64,000 nt of DNA from Candidatus Iainarchaeum sp. (GTDB taxonomy: Archaea; Iainarchaeota; Iainarchaeia; Iainarchaeales; JAXPJC01): positions 56,393-120,392 of the forward strand of contig JACPJC010000003.1 in assembly GCA_016187745.1 (NCBI GenBank), read 5' to 3'. Numbering within the stretch: the stretch's first letter is position 1; the number at the start of each line of letters is the position of its first letter. The position numbers were made by a program, and so were the translations under genes. Below are positions 9,257 to 19,560 of this stretch, piece after piece. The notes below the pieces were generated by a model, which saw only the letters and a list, made by a program, of their open reading frames with translations, ran no database searches and was not told the origin of the DNA.

Positions 9257-9862
9257 ATGGAAAAGGCGTATGAGATTGTTGTCAGGGGCGATGTGCAGAA
9301 AAGTGCCTTCAGGCGCTTTGTCAAGCAGCTTGCGAAAAAGCACAATCTGTTCGGCAGCGTTGAAAATCTTGACAATTATGACGAGGAGGTCAGGATAATC
9401 TGCGAGGGGGAAGAGGGCAATGTTCGGGAATTCATCAAAAGGCTTGAAAACCCGAGTGAAGAAGATAGGGAAGAAACAAGTGCAGCAATAGCCAATATAC
9501 AAACTAATGCAATTCCTCCCCGCGGTAGGTTTGAGAATTTTAAAATAATAAGGGGCCCTGAAGAAATTGCCGAGAGGCTGGATGAGGGCCTGGTAATTAT
9601 GAACAAGGGATTCAAAGAGCAGAAGGAAGGGATTGATAGGCTCGGGGAGAAGATGGATGGGAATTTTAAGGAGCTTAAAGAGGAAACAAAGACTGGATTT
9701 TGCAAGATGGACGGGAATTTCAAAGTGCTTGGGGAAAAGATAGATGGAAATTTTGATAAGATGGACGGGAATTTCAAATCATTGGATACAAAGTACGGGG
9801 TGGTTTCCGAAATTCTGATGAGAATGAACAAGAACCTTGAGAAGATTGTTGCAAAAATATGA
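9257..9862 (+). CDS. acylphosphatase-like domain fused to a repetitive coiled coil
   Basis: GDVQKSAFRR...GSVEN..V.I..EG, followed by four (M/I)DGNF repeats. Confidence 0.75.
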   Translation: MEKAYEIVVRGDVQKSAFRRFVKQLAKKHNLFGSVENLDNYDEEVRIICEGEEGNVREFIKRLENPSEEDREETSAAIANIQTNAIPPRGRFENFKIIRGPEEIAERLDEGLVIMNKGFKEQKEGIDRLGEKMDGNFKELKEETKTGFCKMDGNFKVLGEKIDGNFDKMDGNFKSLDTKYGVVSEILMRMNKNLEKIVAKI

Positions 9863-9913
9863 ATGCTTTTAAGCAGAGTTTTCTGCACCGGCGCGCAGTG
9901 CCTCTCTTGCGGC

Positions 9914-10684
9914 TCACTTCTTTGCCAATTTCTTATAGCGCCTGTCCCTGCGCTCCGCGGCATCGGCCTCTTCCTTTACGGAGCAGTAGTGCACGCTTAT
10001 CTTCAGTTTCCTGCGCTTCGCTTCATTAACCAAAAATTTGCCCAGCTCATCGCTCCCCGCAATGGATTTTTCCGCAATCTTATAGCCCCTTTTCTTTATT
10101 TCAGGAAGATTCAGCTCCGCAACCTCAAGCTCATTGAGATTTATGAACTTTATCCCTAATTTATCAAGAGCAAGAACGAGATTGAGCAGCTTTTCCTTTT
10201 TCCCCGGAACAGCAACCACTTCCGCGCCGGCATGCGGAATGTATTTTTTTGCAATCCTGAATTTCCCCAAATCAAAGCTGTGCAGCCTTATTTCATCAAG
10301 CCCCGCATCTGCCAATCTTTTGGCTGTTTTTGCATTGAGCAAATCCGCATTGGTATAGAGGTGTATGTAAAACTTCTTCCCGAAATTATCCTTGAGCGCC
10401 TTTATTGTCTCGGTTGTTTTTTTCAGCGCGCACAGGGGGTCGCCGCCGCTTAGGGAAGCTGCGGAAAAATGCCTTGCAATCCGCAGAAGCCCTTTTGCGC
10501 TTTTGATTTCCTTATATGGCGTTAAAATGATGTCCCTGCCCTGAAGCTTCGGAAGCACCGGGCAGTAGAAGCAGGATTTGTTGCATTTGAATGTAATGTA
10601 AATCGGAAGCACCTTTGCAGAAAGGCACAGTTTGCAGCCACCTGCAGGCTCACCGGAAGAACAAGTTCTAACCATAAAAACCAA
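9914..10684 (-). CDS. radical SAM protein
   Basis: GCKLC, CNKSCFYC, LSGGDP, HLYTN, GLDEIRLH, FINLNELE. Confidence 0.85.
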   Translation of the reverse strand: MVFMVRTCSSGEPAGGCKLCLSAKVLPIYITFKCNKSCFYCPVLPKLQGRDIILTPYKEIKSAKGLLRIARHFSAASLSGGDPLCALKKTTETIKALKDNFGKKFYIHLYTNADLLNAKTAKRLADAGLDEIRLHSFDLGKFRIAKKYIPHAGAEVVAVPGKKEKLLNLVLALDKLGIKFINLNELEVAELNLPEIKKRGYKIAEKSIAGSDELGKFLVNEAKRRKLKISVHYCSVKEEADAAERRDRRYKKLAKK

Positions 10685-10809
10685 TTACTTCTTTATTGAA
10701 TGGCTTGTTGCAAACTTTGTTGTGAATTTTATTTTTCCTGTCATTTTGGACCCCCTTTCCCTTTTGAAGATTAAGAGTATTATTGCATGCAGGTTAAAAA
10801 TCTTTTTGT

Positions 10810-11280
10810 TCAGAGCAGCGGCTGCGGGGAGAAACTTTCTCTGATTGTCTTAAAGATGAGGTTTGTGCTTGTTCTTTCAATAAATTCCTCCCTTGAAAGC
10901 TTGTTTATGAATTCGTCAAGGCTCTCGGTGTTTTTGAACTTTCCAACAACCGCAAGGTCATACTTTCCGGACACATTGTATACGCTGCATATGTTTGGAT
11001 GTTCTGAATATTTTGCGCAGAATTCCCCCAATTTTCCCTTGTTGACGGCAATGAATATCAAAACGCTCAGGTCAAAGCCCAGTTTGCGCAGGTCTATCCT
11101 CGGCGCATAGCCGTGCAGAACCCCGAGGTGCTTTAATTTCTTCACGCGCTTGTGTATTGCGGCTGAGCTTAATTTCATTTTTTTCGCAAGCGTTGAATGC
11201 CTTGCGGTGTGGTTTTTTATCATCTCATTGAGAATGCGCTTGTCGGTTTCATCAATTTTTCCCGCCATAAAAAACCCCAT
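10810..11280 (-). CDS. Lrp/AsnC family transcription regulator
   Basis: IDETDKRIL HTH, RVKKL..GV..GY, VSGKYD; divergent from the toxin operon. Confidence 0.9.
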   Translation of the reverse strand: MGFFMAGKIDETDKRILNEMIKNHTARHSTLAKKMKLSSAAIHKRVKKLKHLGVLHGYAPRIDLRKLGFDLSVLIFIAVNKGKLGEFCAKYSEHPNICSVYNVSGKYDLAVVGKFKNTESLDEFINKLSREEFIERTSTNLIFKTIRESFSPQPLL

Positions 11281-11518
11281 TTTTGTGAATTTTTTTAACC
11301 TTAGTGCCTTGCACTGGTTAAATTTATATGCACTTTATATATATAACTCCTTTTAAATGTTATATTTTTCAACCAATCCGAAATAATTTTAACCTTTTAA
11401 ATAGATTGCTGCAATATATTGCCTGAGAGGGTGGGTTAGCATAGGGGGAAATAAATCACACGGAGCTGAAAGCGGGAAAAATTCCGATTCCGGATACTCC
11501 GGGGATTCAAATCCCGCA

Positions 11519-11707
11519 ATGGTCTGCTTCGGGGAATACGCAAGCTACCAGTTCAACTGCAAATTCTGCGATTTCCTGCAGGGCTGCAGGGAATTCACAA
11601 CAGCAAAAGGCAGGGCGCGGGGAAAGAATTCCGCTTCTGCAATTAACGAAAAAAAGCAAAGCAATAAAAAGCAATATCCATCAGTAAATAATCCAGGGGT
11701 TGGGTGA
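11519..11707 (+). CDS. small Cys-motif protein (first gene of putative toxin operon)
   Basis: CFG...CKFC...C zinc-binding-like pattern; stop overlaps the next start. Confidence 0.4.
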   Translation: MVCFGEYASYQFNCKFCDFLQGCREFTTAKGRARGKNSASAINEKKQSNKKQYPSVNNPGVG

Positions 11708-12176
11708 GGGTTTGGCGGGAGTTAAGTTAATCATAGTGATTGCGGCAGCGGTCCTGATTTTAATAGCGGTTTTTGGCAAGCCCCTTACCGGATTCAGCGT
11801 GCTTTCTCTCCTAGATGTTCAGGCGCAGTCAAACAAAGCGATGCTGGATGATGTGCTTAAGGAAAATCCGGAACTTGGCAGCAGCCTGACGCAGGCAGAG
11901 AAAACAAAGCTTTATGATGTAATTTCTGACAAAAAGCTCACAAAGGAACAGATTGAGGATCTTGTAAGAAGTATGCATAGATCGCCAGAAGAATTAGCAG
12001 AGACACAAAAAATAATAGAGGAAGCATTGCGTACAGGCCCTACTGCCGTTGGAGGCTATGAGGAAAGCTTTGTGATTGGTGGAAAGACATACACTGAAGA
12101 CGAACTCAAGAATATGACTGCTGAGCAAATTGAAGCGCTGACGGGGCAAACGCAGGGCGGAGGCACGGATAAATGA
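11700..12176 (+). CDS. membrane-anchored acidic helical protein
   Basis: N-terminal TM segment with LTGFSV; ATGA overlap with the next gene. Confidence 0.65.
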   Translation: MGEGLAGVKLIIVIAAAVLILIAVFGKPLTGFSVLSLLDVQAQSNKAMLDDVLKENPELGSSLTQAEKTKLYDVISDKKLTKEQIEDLVRSMHRSPEELAETQKIIEEALRTGPTAVGGYEESFVIGGKTYTEDELKNMTAEQIEALTGQTQGGGTDK

Positions 12177-13600
12177 ATGCCAAGCTCCTGCTGGCGTTTG
12201 CCGTACTCTCTTTATTCCTATTAAACAATGCCTCTGCAATCTGGCCATGGGATGAATGCAACAGCCCGAGCGGTGGAACAATTTACCCCGGAGGAAGCGC
12301 AAGCGGATGGATTGCCGGCTGGGTTGATGGTGATGATTGGGTAAGTGTTAATATCAGCAGTTCCGGCGAGTATAACTTCTGGCTTACCGGACCAAGCAAT
12401 GCAGATTTTGATTTGCAAGTTTATTCAAATTGCAGCGGCAGTTGGGTTTGTGGCTCAGCAGGCGGGAGCTCTTCTGAAAGCTGCACAAAATCTATCTCTT
12501 CTGGCACTTACCATATGAGGGTCCTTGCATATGGCTATTGGGATTCAGGCAATTGGACTATGGGCGCAACAAAAAAGGCAACAACCTGCTACACCCATAA
12601 TTATTCCGCGTGCTACAGCAACGACCGCTATTGGTATAATTCCTGCGGCACCAGGGAAGAGGTAAGGTATGATTGCGGAGATGATTCATATGGAAGCTGG
12701 AATAATTACTATTGCTCAAGCAATGATGTTTATAGGAGCAGGAGCTTTACAGACAGGGGCTGCTCATCAGATAGCTGCTTTGCAAATTCAAGCACGCAAT
12801 ATGAGCTATACCAGGATTGTGGCGATTCCAGCTATGGGTCATGGAGCAGCAACTATTGTTCAAGCAATAATGTAACGCAATCAAGGACTGTTTACAACAA
12901 AGGATGCTCAAGCGGCTCTTGCACATCAAGCAATACAACTGAAACCCGCGTAGTGGATTACTGCTCATCAAATGAAACATGCGAGAGCGGGCAATGCAAG
13001 CCGAAATGCACAAGCAATGCCTATACTTCGTGCTATAACGGGGATATTTATTGGTATGATTCCTGCAACAACAGGCAGGAGATAAAGACGGATTGCGGAG
13101 ACACTACATACGGATCATGGGGAAACAGCTATTGTTCCAGCAATAATGTAATGCAGACTCGCAATGTTTACGGGCCCTATTGCGAAAGCAGCCAGTGCAA
13201 AAGCCAGACAACAACAGAAAGCCGTATTGCGGAAACATGCGATGGGCAGTTTAATTTCTGCCTTGGAAACTCGTGCATTTTATGCGATTCACATACATCC
13301 TACCAATGCACGGACAATGATGTTTATTGGTTCAACTCCTGCGGCACTAAAGAGGACAAGAAGCAGGAATGCGGCTCAAGCTATTGTGATGCCTGGAGCG
13401 GAAATTCCTGCAAGGACGGGAGTGTTGTAAGGAGCAGGACTTGCTACGACAAGGGCTGCGGAAGCAATGCGTGCTACGCAAATCCGGACACGCAATATGA
13501 AAGTGTGGAAACGTGCCAGTATGGGTGCAGCGGCGGCGCATGCATCCAGCTCTCAGACCTGTCCATAGCGCCAGAGGACATCATATTTGAAAAGACGTGA
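12173..13600 (+). CDS. secreted Cys-rich repeat protein with PPC-like (pre-peptidase C-terminal) domain
   Basis: Signal peptide; DDWVSV..LTGPSNADFDLQVY..SESC..GTYHMRV; three YW(Y/F)(N/D)SC units plus Y(G/D)xWxxxxCxxxxVxxxR units. Confidence 0.8.
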   Translation: MNAKLLLAFAVLSLFLLNNASAIWPWDECNSPSGGTIYPGGSASGWIAGWVDGDDWVSVNISSSGEYNFWLTGPSNADFDLQVYSNCSGSWVCGSAGGSSSESCTKSISSGTYHMRVLAYGYWDSGNWTMGATKKATTCYTHNYSACYSNDRYWYNSCGTREEVRYDCGDDSYGSWNNYYCSSNDVYRSRSFTDRGCSSDSCFANSSTQYELYQDCGDSSYGSWSSNYCSSNNVTQSRTVYNKGCSSGSCTSSNTTETRVVDYCSSNETCESGQCKPKCTSNAYTSCYNGDIYWYDSCNNRQEIKTDCGDTTYGSWGNSYCSSNNVMQTRNVYGPYCESSQCKSQTTTESRIAETCDGQFNFCLGNSCILCDSHTSYQCTDNDVYWFNSCGTKEDKKQECGSSYCDAWSGNSCKDGSVVRSRTCYDKGCGSNACYANPDTQYESVETCQYGCSGGACIQLSDLSIAPEDIIFEKT

Positions 13601-16600
13601 TGAAATGAATGAAAAAGCAAGGGTGCATATTGCAAATGCTTTGGTTTTGCTAGTTGTGGTTGGCCTCATATTCGGGGCGCTTGCCGCAAGGGGCGGAAGT
13701 GGAAATGACAACGGGAATGCCCATGACAATATGGCGGATGCGGAACTTATTTTTACTGATGAAGATTTGAGCGCAAAAGAGCTTAAGGGGCGGGCGCTCA
13801 CATTCATTGAGCCAATGATTGCAACAGCAGCAGGCGATGACCTGAGCAAACTGCTTGAAATAAAGGCAAATATATCAGAAAGCCTTAATGCGGATTATTG
13901 GCTCTCCGATGAGTCTGTTACTAACGAAGAGGTCTTTAATTCTGAGAAATCCGCAGCAAATGACATCCGCACGCTCTACAACAGGGAAAGCAGCTTGCTT
14001 GACAATGCTTCCTTATTGCTTGCAATAAGCAGGTTAATCCAGGCCGATGATGAAATTTCCAAATTGCAGATGGAACAAACAGAGAATCTGCTCCTGCAGA
14101 TAAATGATGAGGCAACAATTGCGGCAATAAGCTCATACCTCAATGATGCAAGAAGCAGCTATGAGCAGGCATGGCACCAGATAGAGCAGCCAAGCAACTA
14201 TCCGAATTCAATTGAGCACTTCAAGAATTCATGGAATAGCTCATACAATGGCCTGCTGAAATTAGATGAACTAACAGTGCCGATAGTAACTATAGATTTC
14301 CCTGCAACAAATACTTACACCACTGAGGCAGACCAGGCAATTTCCGGCACAGTATGGGATGCAAGGCTGCACACAATCCCAAATGTGAAAGTAAATGTGA
14401 ATGATGCGGCATATGAATTTTCCCTGGATAATGGAAACTACAACGGCGCAATTGCCCTGAGCGAAGGGAACAACCTCATAACCGCATATGCAACTGATGC
14501 ATTCAACAATGCAGGGAGTGCAGGCATTGAAATGGTATTGGATACAATTGCGCCTGAAATAACTATTGAAGGTGTAGAAGACGGCGTATTTTACAATGCG
14601 GATGTAATTCCGATAGTTTCAATTGCCGATCTGCACCTGGCAGAAACAGTCATAACATTAAATGGCAATCCATTTGCTTCGGGAACAAGCATTGCAGAAG
14701 AAGGAGAATATACATTAACTGCCTATGGAAAAGATTTGGCAGGAAATGAATCAAGCAGGACAATAAGTTTTGTAATAGACAAGACTCCGCCAGCAGTGGT
14801 GATAAATGCCCCTGCAGATCTTGTTTACCTAAGGCAGGTTGTGCAGATTAATGGAACAGCAACTGACAAATATTTGGACAGTATTTCACTAAAGATTAAT
14901 GGTAATGAGGTTTCAAGTATAGCTAACTTTGAATGGAATACAATAGAATATGCGGATGGGGCTTATAATATTGAATTAAGCGCAAGAGACAAAGCCGGTA
15001 ATGCTTCATCCACAACAATTTCAGTAATTATTGATAACACTCTTCCGGAAATTACAATCAGCGGTATTGAAGAGGGGGCATTCTATAATTATGATGTTGT
15101 GCCGGTGGTTGAAGTAATTGAAGCTAATCCTGATATAACTACAGCAATGCTTGATAATGCTGAATTTGAGCTTGGCTCAAGCATTTCGGAAGAGGGAATG
15201 CATGAGTTTTCTGCAACAGCAACAGACAAGGCAGGAAATAGTGCAAGCAGGTCTGTAAGCTTTGGGATTGACAAAACTGCCCCAATAACAACTGATAATG
15301 CAATAACGGGATGGGTAAATACAGATGTTGTTGTAATTCTCACATCAGTAGACAATCTAAGCGGAGTGACAAAAACTTATTATTCAATCAATAATGGAGC
15401 AGAGCAGGAAGGCACGCAAATAACACTTACAGAAACAGGGGAATATATTATTTCATATTATTCAACAGATATTGCAGGAAACGTTGAGGATGCAAAGCAA
15501 AGTGCGAAAGTGCAGATAGACAAAATTGCCCCTGAAATTTCAGTTATTGCACCTGAGGAGAGGGATTATTCCTATACGGCTATTTTGCCCCTCAATTTCT
15601 CAGCAACTGATGCGGATTCAGGATTAAAAGAACTAAATGCAGAGCTTGATGGAATTGCTGTTAATTCTGGAGAGAATATAAACCTCTATAGTTATGCGCT
15701 CGGTCAGCACACACTTGTAATTAGTGCAATTGATAATGCAGGCAATTCTGCAACAAAGAGTGTTGTATTCAATCTAATTGATGATGTAAAGCCAGAATCA
15801 AACGCTGAACTTGCAGGAACGCCTGGAAATAATAATTGGTATGTGAGCGATGCTACAATTATACTTACTGCAATTGATGCAAAAAGTGGAGTTAAAAAAA
15901 TACAATACAGCACTGATGGAAGCACTTATGCAGATTATGCTGCTCCGCTAATAATTTCCACAGAAGGCCTAACAACAATTTATTACAGGGCAGAGGACAA
16001 TTCAGGCAATATTGAAGATACAAAAACAATTAGTTTTAAAATTGATAAAACTCCACCAGAACTAAACATTACTGAACTCAATGAAAATCCAACGCTTGAA
16101 GATGCTAATTATTCAATCTTAGTTGAAACAGAGAATGGTGCAGATTTGGGTGTTAGTATAATCCAAACTAATATAGATACATCAACGGGAAGCAATCTTG
16201 GTGCTACTCAATCTTCAGAGAGTATTGCTCATAATGGTTCCGCAATCTATAGAATGGATGTTATTGAAGGAATTAATGAAATAATCTTTACTGCAATGGA
16301 TGAAGCTGGAAATACAACAATAAAACAGTTTAGAAGGCTTGTTGATAGGGATAAGATTTCTGATAGTTATGAAATAGAGATGCTCAAAACAGATCCTCTA
16401 AAAGCAGATTCTGATAGTGATGGCATAAATGATGATATTGAGGACTTTGATGCAGATGGATTAACAAACCTTGCTGAATTTTTATTAGGCAGCAACCCAT
16501 TTGATGCTGATAGTGATGATGATACGCTTACTGATTTCTATGAGGTTGTAATGACAAATACAAGCCCAACAGATTCTGATACAAAGGATGCAGGAATTTC

Positions 16601-19556
16601 TGATGGCTTGCAGGACTTTGATGAAGAAGGTTTAACAAATGCTTCTGAACAACAATATGGTACACATCCCTTTAGAGAAGATACAGACAAAGATGGCATT
16701 AGTGATAGCAATGAGATTAATACATACAGAACAGACCCGCTAAATCCAGATACTAGCAATGATGGCATAACCGATGGAGATGCAGTTAGATATGGGCTGA
16801 ATCCCTCTGAGAATAATTCAAACACCCAACTTACATTTGAATTTGCTAATGAAGCAGCCGATGCTGAAATTGAAATAAAGGCAAGAGGTAAGATAATTGA
16901 TGATGTAAACATTGAAGTTAATCAAAACCCCTTCCCATTGCTTAAAAATCTTAGTGGAATATCATCCGAATTTATAGCAATTTCAGTTGATGAAAACTTT
17001 GATTCAGCAACAATAAAAGTACATTACAATCCTTCAGAGATTCCTGATCCAAGCAAATTAAGGCTTTTCAGATTTGATCCTGAGCAAAGAATTCCTGTTG
17101 AAGCTGGTGTACAAGGAATTGACATTGTAAACAACCTTGTGTGGGCAGAAACAAATAGCTTTAGCCTATGGTTCTTGGCTGATCCTAATGATTGGTATGC
17201 AAATTCTGCAATTTCTTGGAATAGGCCTGAACTGGTGTTTTCATCAGAAGAGATTATGACTGTCAAGGCACGCATTAGAAATAATACTTCTGTTCCTACC
17301 TCAAATGTAAGGGTTGATTTCTATGCTGGCAATCCAGATTCTGGAGGCATATTAATAGGAACAACCTATGTTGATGTTCCGGGAAACAACTATGCATTTG
17401 CATCAATTGAATGGCTTCCAGAGAATATCAAGGATGTTTATGTAGTTGTTGATCCTGCAGGCTTGATTGCAGAGACAGACAAAACCAACAACAAAGCCTC
17501 AAGAGTTTTTGAAACATATATAGATTCTGATGGCGATGGATTAAGCGACAGCGAAGAAACAAATGGCATGAGATTGTTGTTTCCTTACACACCAATCTAT
17601 ACAGATCCAAATAACCCAGATAGCGATGCTGATGGCTTAAGTGATAGCGAAGAGATGGGTGCACAGATAGAAATTAATGGGAAATTATACTACAATCCGG
17701 TAAGTTTGCCGGATAAGGCAGATTCTGACGCTGATGGCCTGGATGATTATTCAGAATCAGAAGGCTGGTATGTTTCTGTAATCTCTAATCTCTCTACACT
17801 AAAGGAGGTTCTGCAAAAGCAGGAGAATGATGAGGATTACACCAGCTTCATAACAAACTATCATGTAACCTCCAACCCGATGCTTTATGATACAGATAAC
17901 GATTATGTGAATGATGAAAGAGAGATGGCATTTGGCTCTGATCCTAGAAACAAAGATACTGATGGAGATTGGTTGCGAGATAATAGAGATGATGATCCAA
18001 CAGTAATTGAAACAGAAGTTCCAAAGATTGAGTTGCTGGGGATAACAATAATAGATTATAAAGTTGGGCCAGGCATACCTCCATTGCCACCAAGTATTAC
18101 TATTTGGGCAGAAGTTGCCTACTTTACTGAGGATAATGTAAAAATAAAGGTTGTATCTCTTGAAAATAATGGCAATCCACAAACAAGCCATTATTCTGAG
18201 GGCTTGTATTTGGATGGCTTTAGCTCAGAGCTTGTTTCCGGAGCATTGTTTGGAATAGATGTTAGGGTTCGTGCTGAAGACCTTGTTGGAAATGAGAGGA
18301 TTGTACAGATAATCTATGCTGAAGGCGTAGTGGCGGGGGTATACAAATTTTTTGACGAACAAGTAAAAGCATTTATTACCTCCCCAAGCGCCTACAATTA
18401 TGGTTTTGGGCACGGCTTGATAGATGGGGTAGCAATGGAGGTTGGTGATACAGTAGACTTTGTTGGGAGTGTTGTTACTGAAGGAGCACAACCGTGGATA
18501 GCTGCCGGCAAGGGCATTGAAACCGTTGCAAATGAAGGTTTGGGAATAATATTTGAAGCATATGGCCAGCGAATGAAGCCCTTGAGAGAGGCCGACAACC
18601 CCTATCCAAAAAACACCCCTGATTATAGCTCATTCAATACTGGTTGGAATACTGGCTTTGGCACCGGCTATATAAGTACAGCAGTGGTTGAGGGAATTGC
18701 AATCTCAAAAGGTGCAAGTTGGGCAGCAAGCGTTGCAAAGAACCTTGCAAACTCAGGCAAGCTTGCAGGCATTGCCTCAAAGCTCTCAAAGGCAGGCAAA
18801 ATAATTAAATCGGCAGCCAGCATGCCACTAAAGAACAAGCTTGTGCTTGGAGCAAGTGCTGTCGGCAGCACCTACTTGCTGAAAGAAGCCTTCCCAGATA
18901 TTGATGCGTTAGATAATCTATACTATCTTGAACTAGGAGTTGCACCAACATTCCTTACAATGGGGGAAGGCAAAAATCTTCGCAAGCTGAATGCTCTCAC
19001 GCCAGACGAACAAGAAGGAGTACTAAAATTTATTGCAAGAAACGATCAATCGGCAATAAAGACTAGAGTGAACTTCCTTAACAAGCTTGATGATGCCTCT
19101 CTCAAAAATTGGGCAAATACTGAAGCAAGTATACAGAAGCACCTCTATGGTGGAGTTGTAAAGCTCAGAAAACTAGGATATGATGATGAGTTAATAGCAA
19201 ACGTCTATAAAAATAATGGGGATTTGACACAAACTTTAAGGATAGCTAAAGACGGGAGTGGAGTTACCGGGTGGCTAGAGATTGGAGATCGTGCAGCAAA
19301 AAACGGGTGGGATCACATTAAATTTGACCATCAGCTAGATTTTGTTAAAAACATTGGTGCAGAATTTGTAAATGGTGATAAATTGAAAGATTTAGTAATT
19401 GAAAGTGTAAGAAATGGTTTAACCCCGGATTATCCAACACAATATTTCTTTGAAGTTAAGCCAGGTAAATGGATGAGAACGGTGAGAGGTTCAAATGGTT
19501 ATATACATACTTCACATCCAGTAGAAATAGACCAAGTACCACTATCAATAAGGTGA
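13587..19556 (+). CDS. giant multidomain surface protein / polymorphic toxin with C-terminal nuclease-like domain (alternative start 13605)
   Basis: N-terminal TM; tandem Ig-like repeats (DxAGN...IDxTxP); DxDxDG Ca-binding repeats; CARDB domain (~17223-17510); Gly/Ala-rich region; C-terminal WLExG...GWDHI...H..DF...GSNGYIHTSHP. Confidence 0.8.
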   Translation: MKRRDEMNEKARVHIANALVLLVVVGLIFGALAARGGSGNDNGNAHDNMADAELIFTDEDLSAKELKGRALTFIEPMIATAAGDDLSKLLEIKANISESLNADYWLSDESVTNEEVFNSEKSAANDIRTLYNRESSLLDNASLLLAISRLIQADDEISKLQMEQTENLLLQINDEATIAAISSYLNDARSSYEQAWHQIEQPSNYPNSIEHFKNSWNSSYNGLLKLDELTVPIVTIDFPATNTYTTEADQAISGTVWDARLHTIPNVKVNVNDAAYEFSLDNGNYNGAIALSEGNNLITAYATDAFNNAGSAGIEMVLDTIAPEITIEGVEDGVFYNADVIPIVSIADLHLAETVITLNGNPFASGTSIAEEGEYTLTAYGKDLAGNESSRTISFVIDKTPPAVVINAPADLVYLRQVVQINGTATDKYLDSISLKINGNEVSSIANFEWNTIEYADGAYNIELSARDKAGNASSTTISVIIDNTLPEITISGIEEGAFYNYDVVPVVEVIEANPDITTAMLDNAEFELGSSISEEGMHEFSATATDKAGNSASRSVSFGIDKTAPITTDNAITGWVNTDVVVILTSVDNLSGVTKTYYSINNGAEQEGTQITLTETGEYIISYYSTDIAGNVEDAKQSAKVQIDKIAPEISVIAPEERDYSYTAILPLNFSATDADSGLKELNAELDGIAVNSGENINLYSYALGQHTLVISAIDNAGNSATKSVVFNLIDDVKPESNAELAGTPGNNNWYVSDATIILTAIDAKSGVKKIQYSTDGSTYADYAAPLIISTEGLTTIYYRAEDNSGNIEDTKTISFKIDKTPPELNITELNENPTLEDANYSILVETENGADLGVSIIQTNIDTSTGSNLGATQSSESIAHNGSAIYRMDVIEGINEIIFTAMDEAGNTTIKQFRRLVDRDKISDSYEIEMLKTDPLKADSDSDGINDDIEDFDADGLTNLAEFLLGSNPFDADSDDDTLTDFYEVVMTNTSPTDSDTKDAGISDGLQDFDEEGLTNASEQQYGTHPFREDTDKDGISDSNEINTYRTDPLNPDTSNDGITDGDAVRYGLNPSENNSNTQLTFEFANEAADAEIEIKARGKIIDDVNIEVNQNPFPLLKNLSGISSEFIAISVDENFDSATIKVHYNPSEIPDPSKLRLFRFDPEQRIPVEAGVQGIDIVNNLVWAETNSFSLWFLADPNDWYANSAISWNRPELVFSSEEIMTVKARIRNNTSVPTSNVRVDFYAGNPDSGGILIGTTYVDVPGNNYAFASIEWLPENIKDVYVVVDPAGLIAETDKTNNKASRVFETYIDSDGDGLSDSEETNGMRLLFPYTPIYTDPNNPDSDADGLSDSEEMGAQIEINGKLYYNPVSLPDKADSDADGLDDYSESEGWYVSVISNLSTLKEVLQKQENDEDYTSFITNYHVTSNPMLYDTDNDYVNDEREMAFGSDPRNKDTDGDWLRDNRDDDPTVIETEVPKIELLGITIIDYKVGPGIPPLPPSITIWAEVAYFTEDNVKIKVVSLENNGNPQTSHYSEGLYLDGFSSELVSGALFGIDVRVRAEDLVGNERIVQIIYAEGVVAGVYKFFDEQVKAFITSPSAYNYGFGHGLIDGVAMEVGDTVDFVGSVVTEGAQPWIAAGKGIETVANEGLGIIFEAYGQRMKPLREADNPYPKNTPDYSSFNTGWNTGFGTGYISTAVVEGIAISKGASWAASVAKNLANSGKLAGIASKLSKAGKIIKSAASMPLKNKLVLGASAVGSTYLLKEAFPDIDALDNLYYLELGVAPTFLTMGEGKNLRKLNALTPDEQEGVLKFIARNDQSAIKTRVNFLNKLDDASLKNWANTEASIQKHLYGGVVKLRKLGYDDELIANVYKNNGDLTQTLRIAKDGSGVTGWLEIGDRAAKNGWDHIKFDHQLDFVKNIGAEFVNGDKLKDLVIESVRNGLTPDYPTQYFFEVKPGKWMRTVRGSNGYIHTSHPVEIDQVPLSIR

Positions 19557-19560
19557 ACAC

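Noticed and set aside
9640-9790. Tandem DNA repeats as CRISPR or VNTR
   Set aside because: They are in-frame coding repeats (DGNF) of the coiled-coil tail
12580-13500. Repeats in the Cys-rich gene as DGR template/variable regions
   Set aside because: Differences are not confined to adenines and no reverse transcriptase is present
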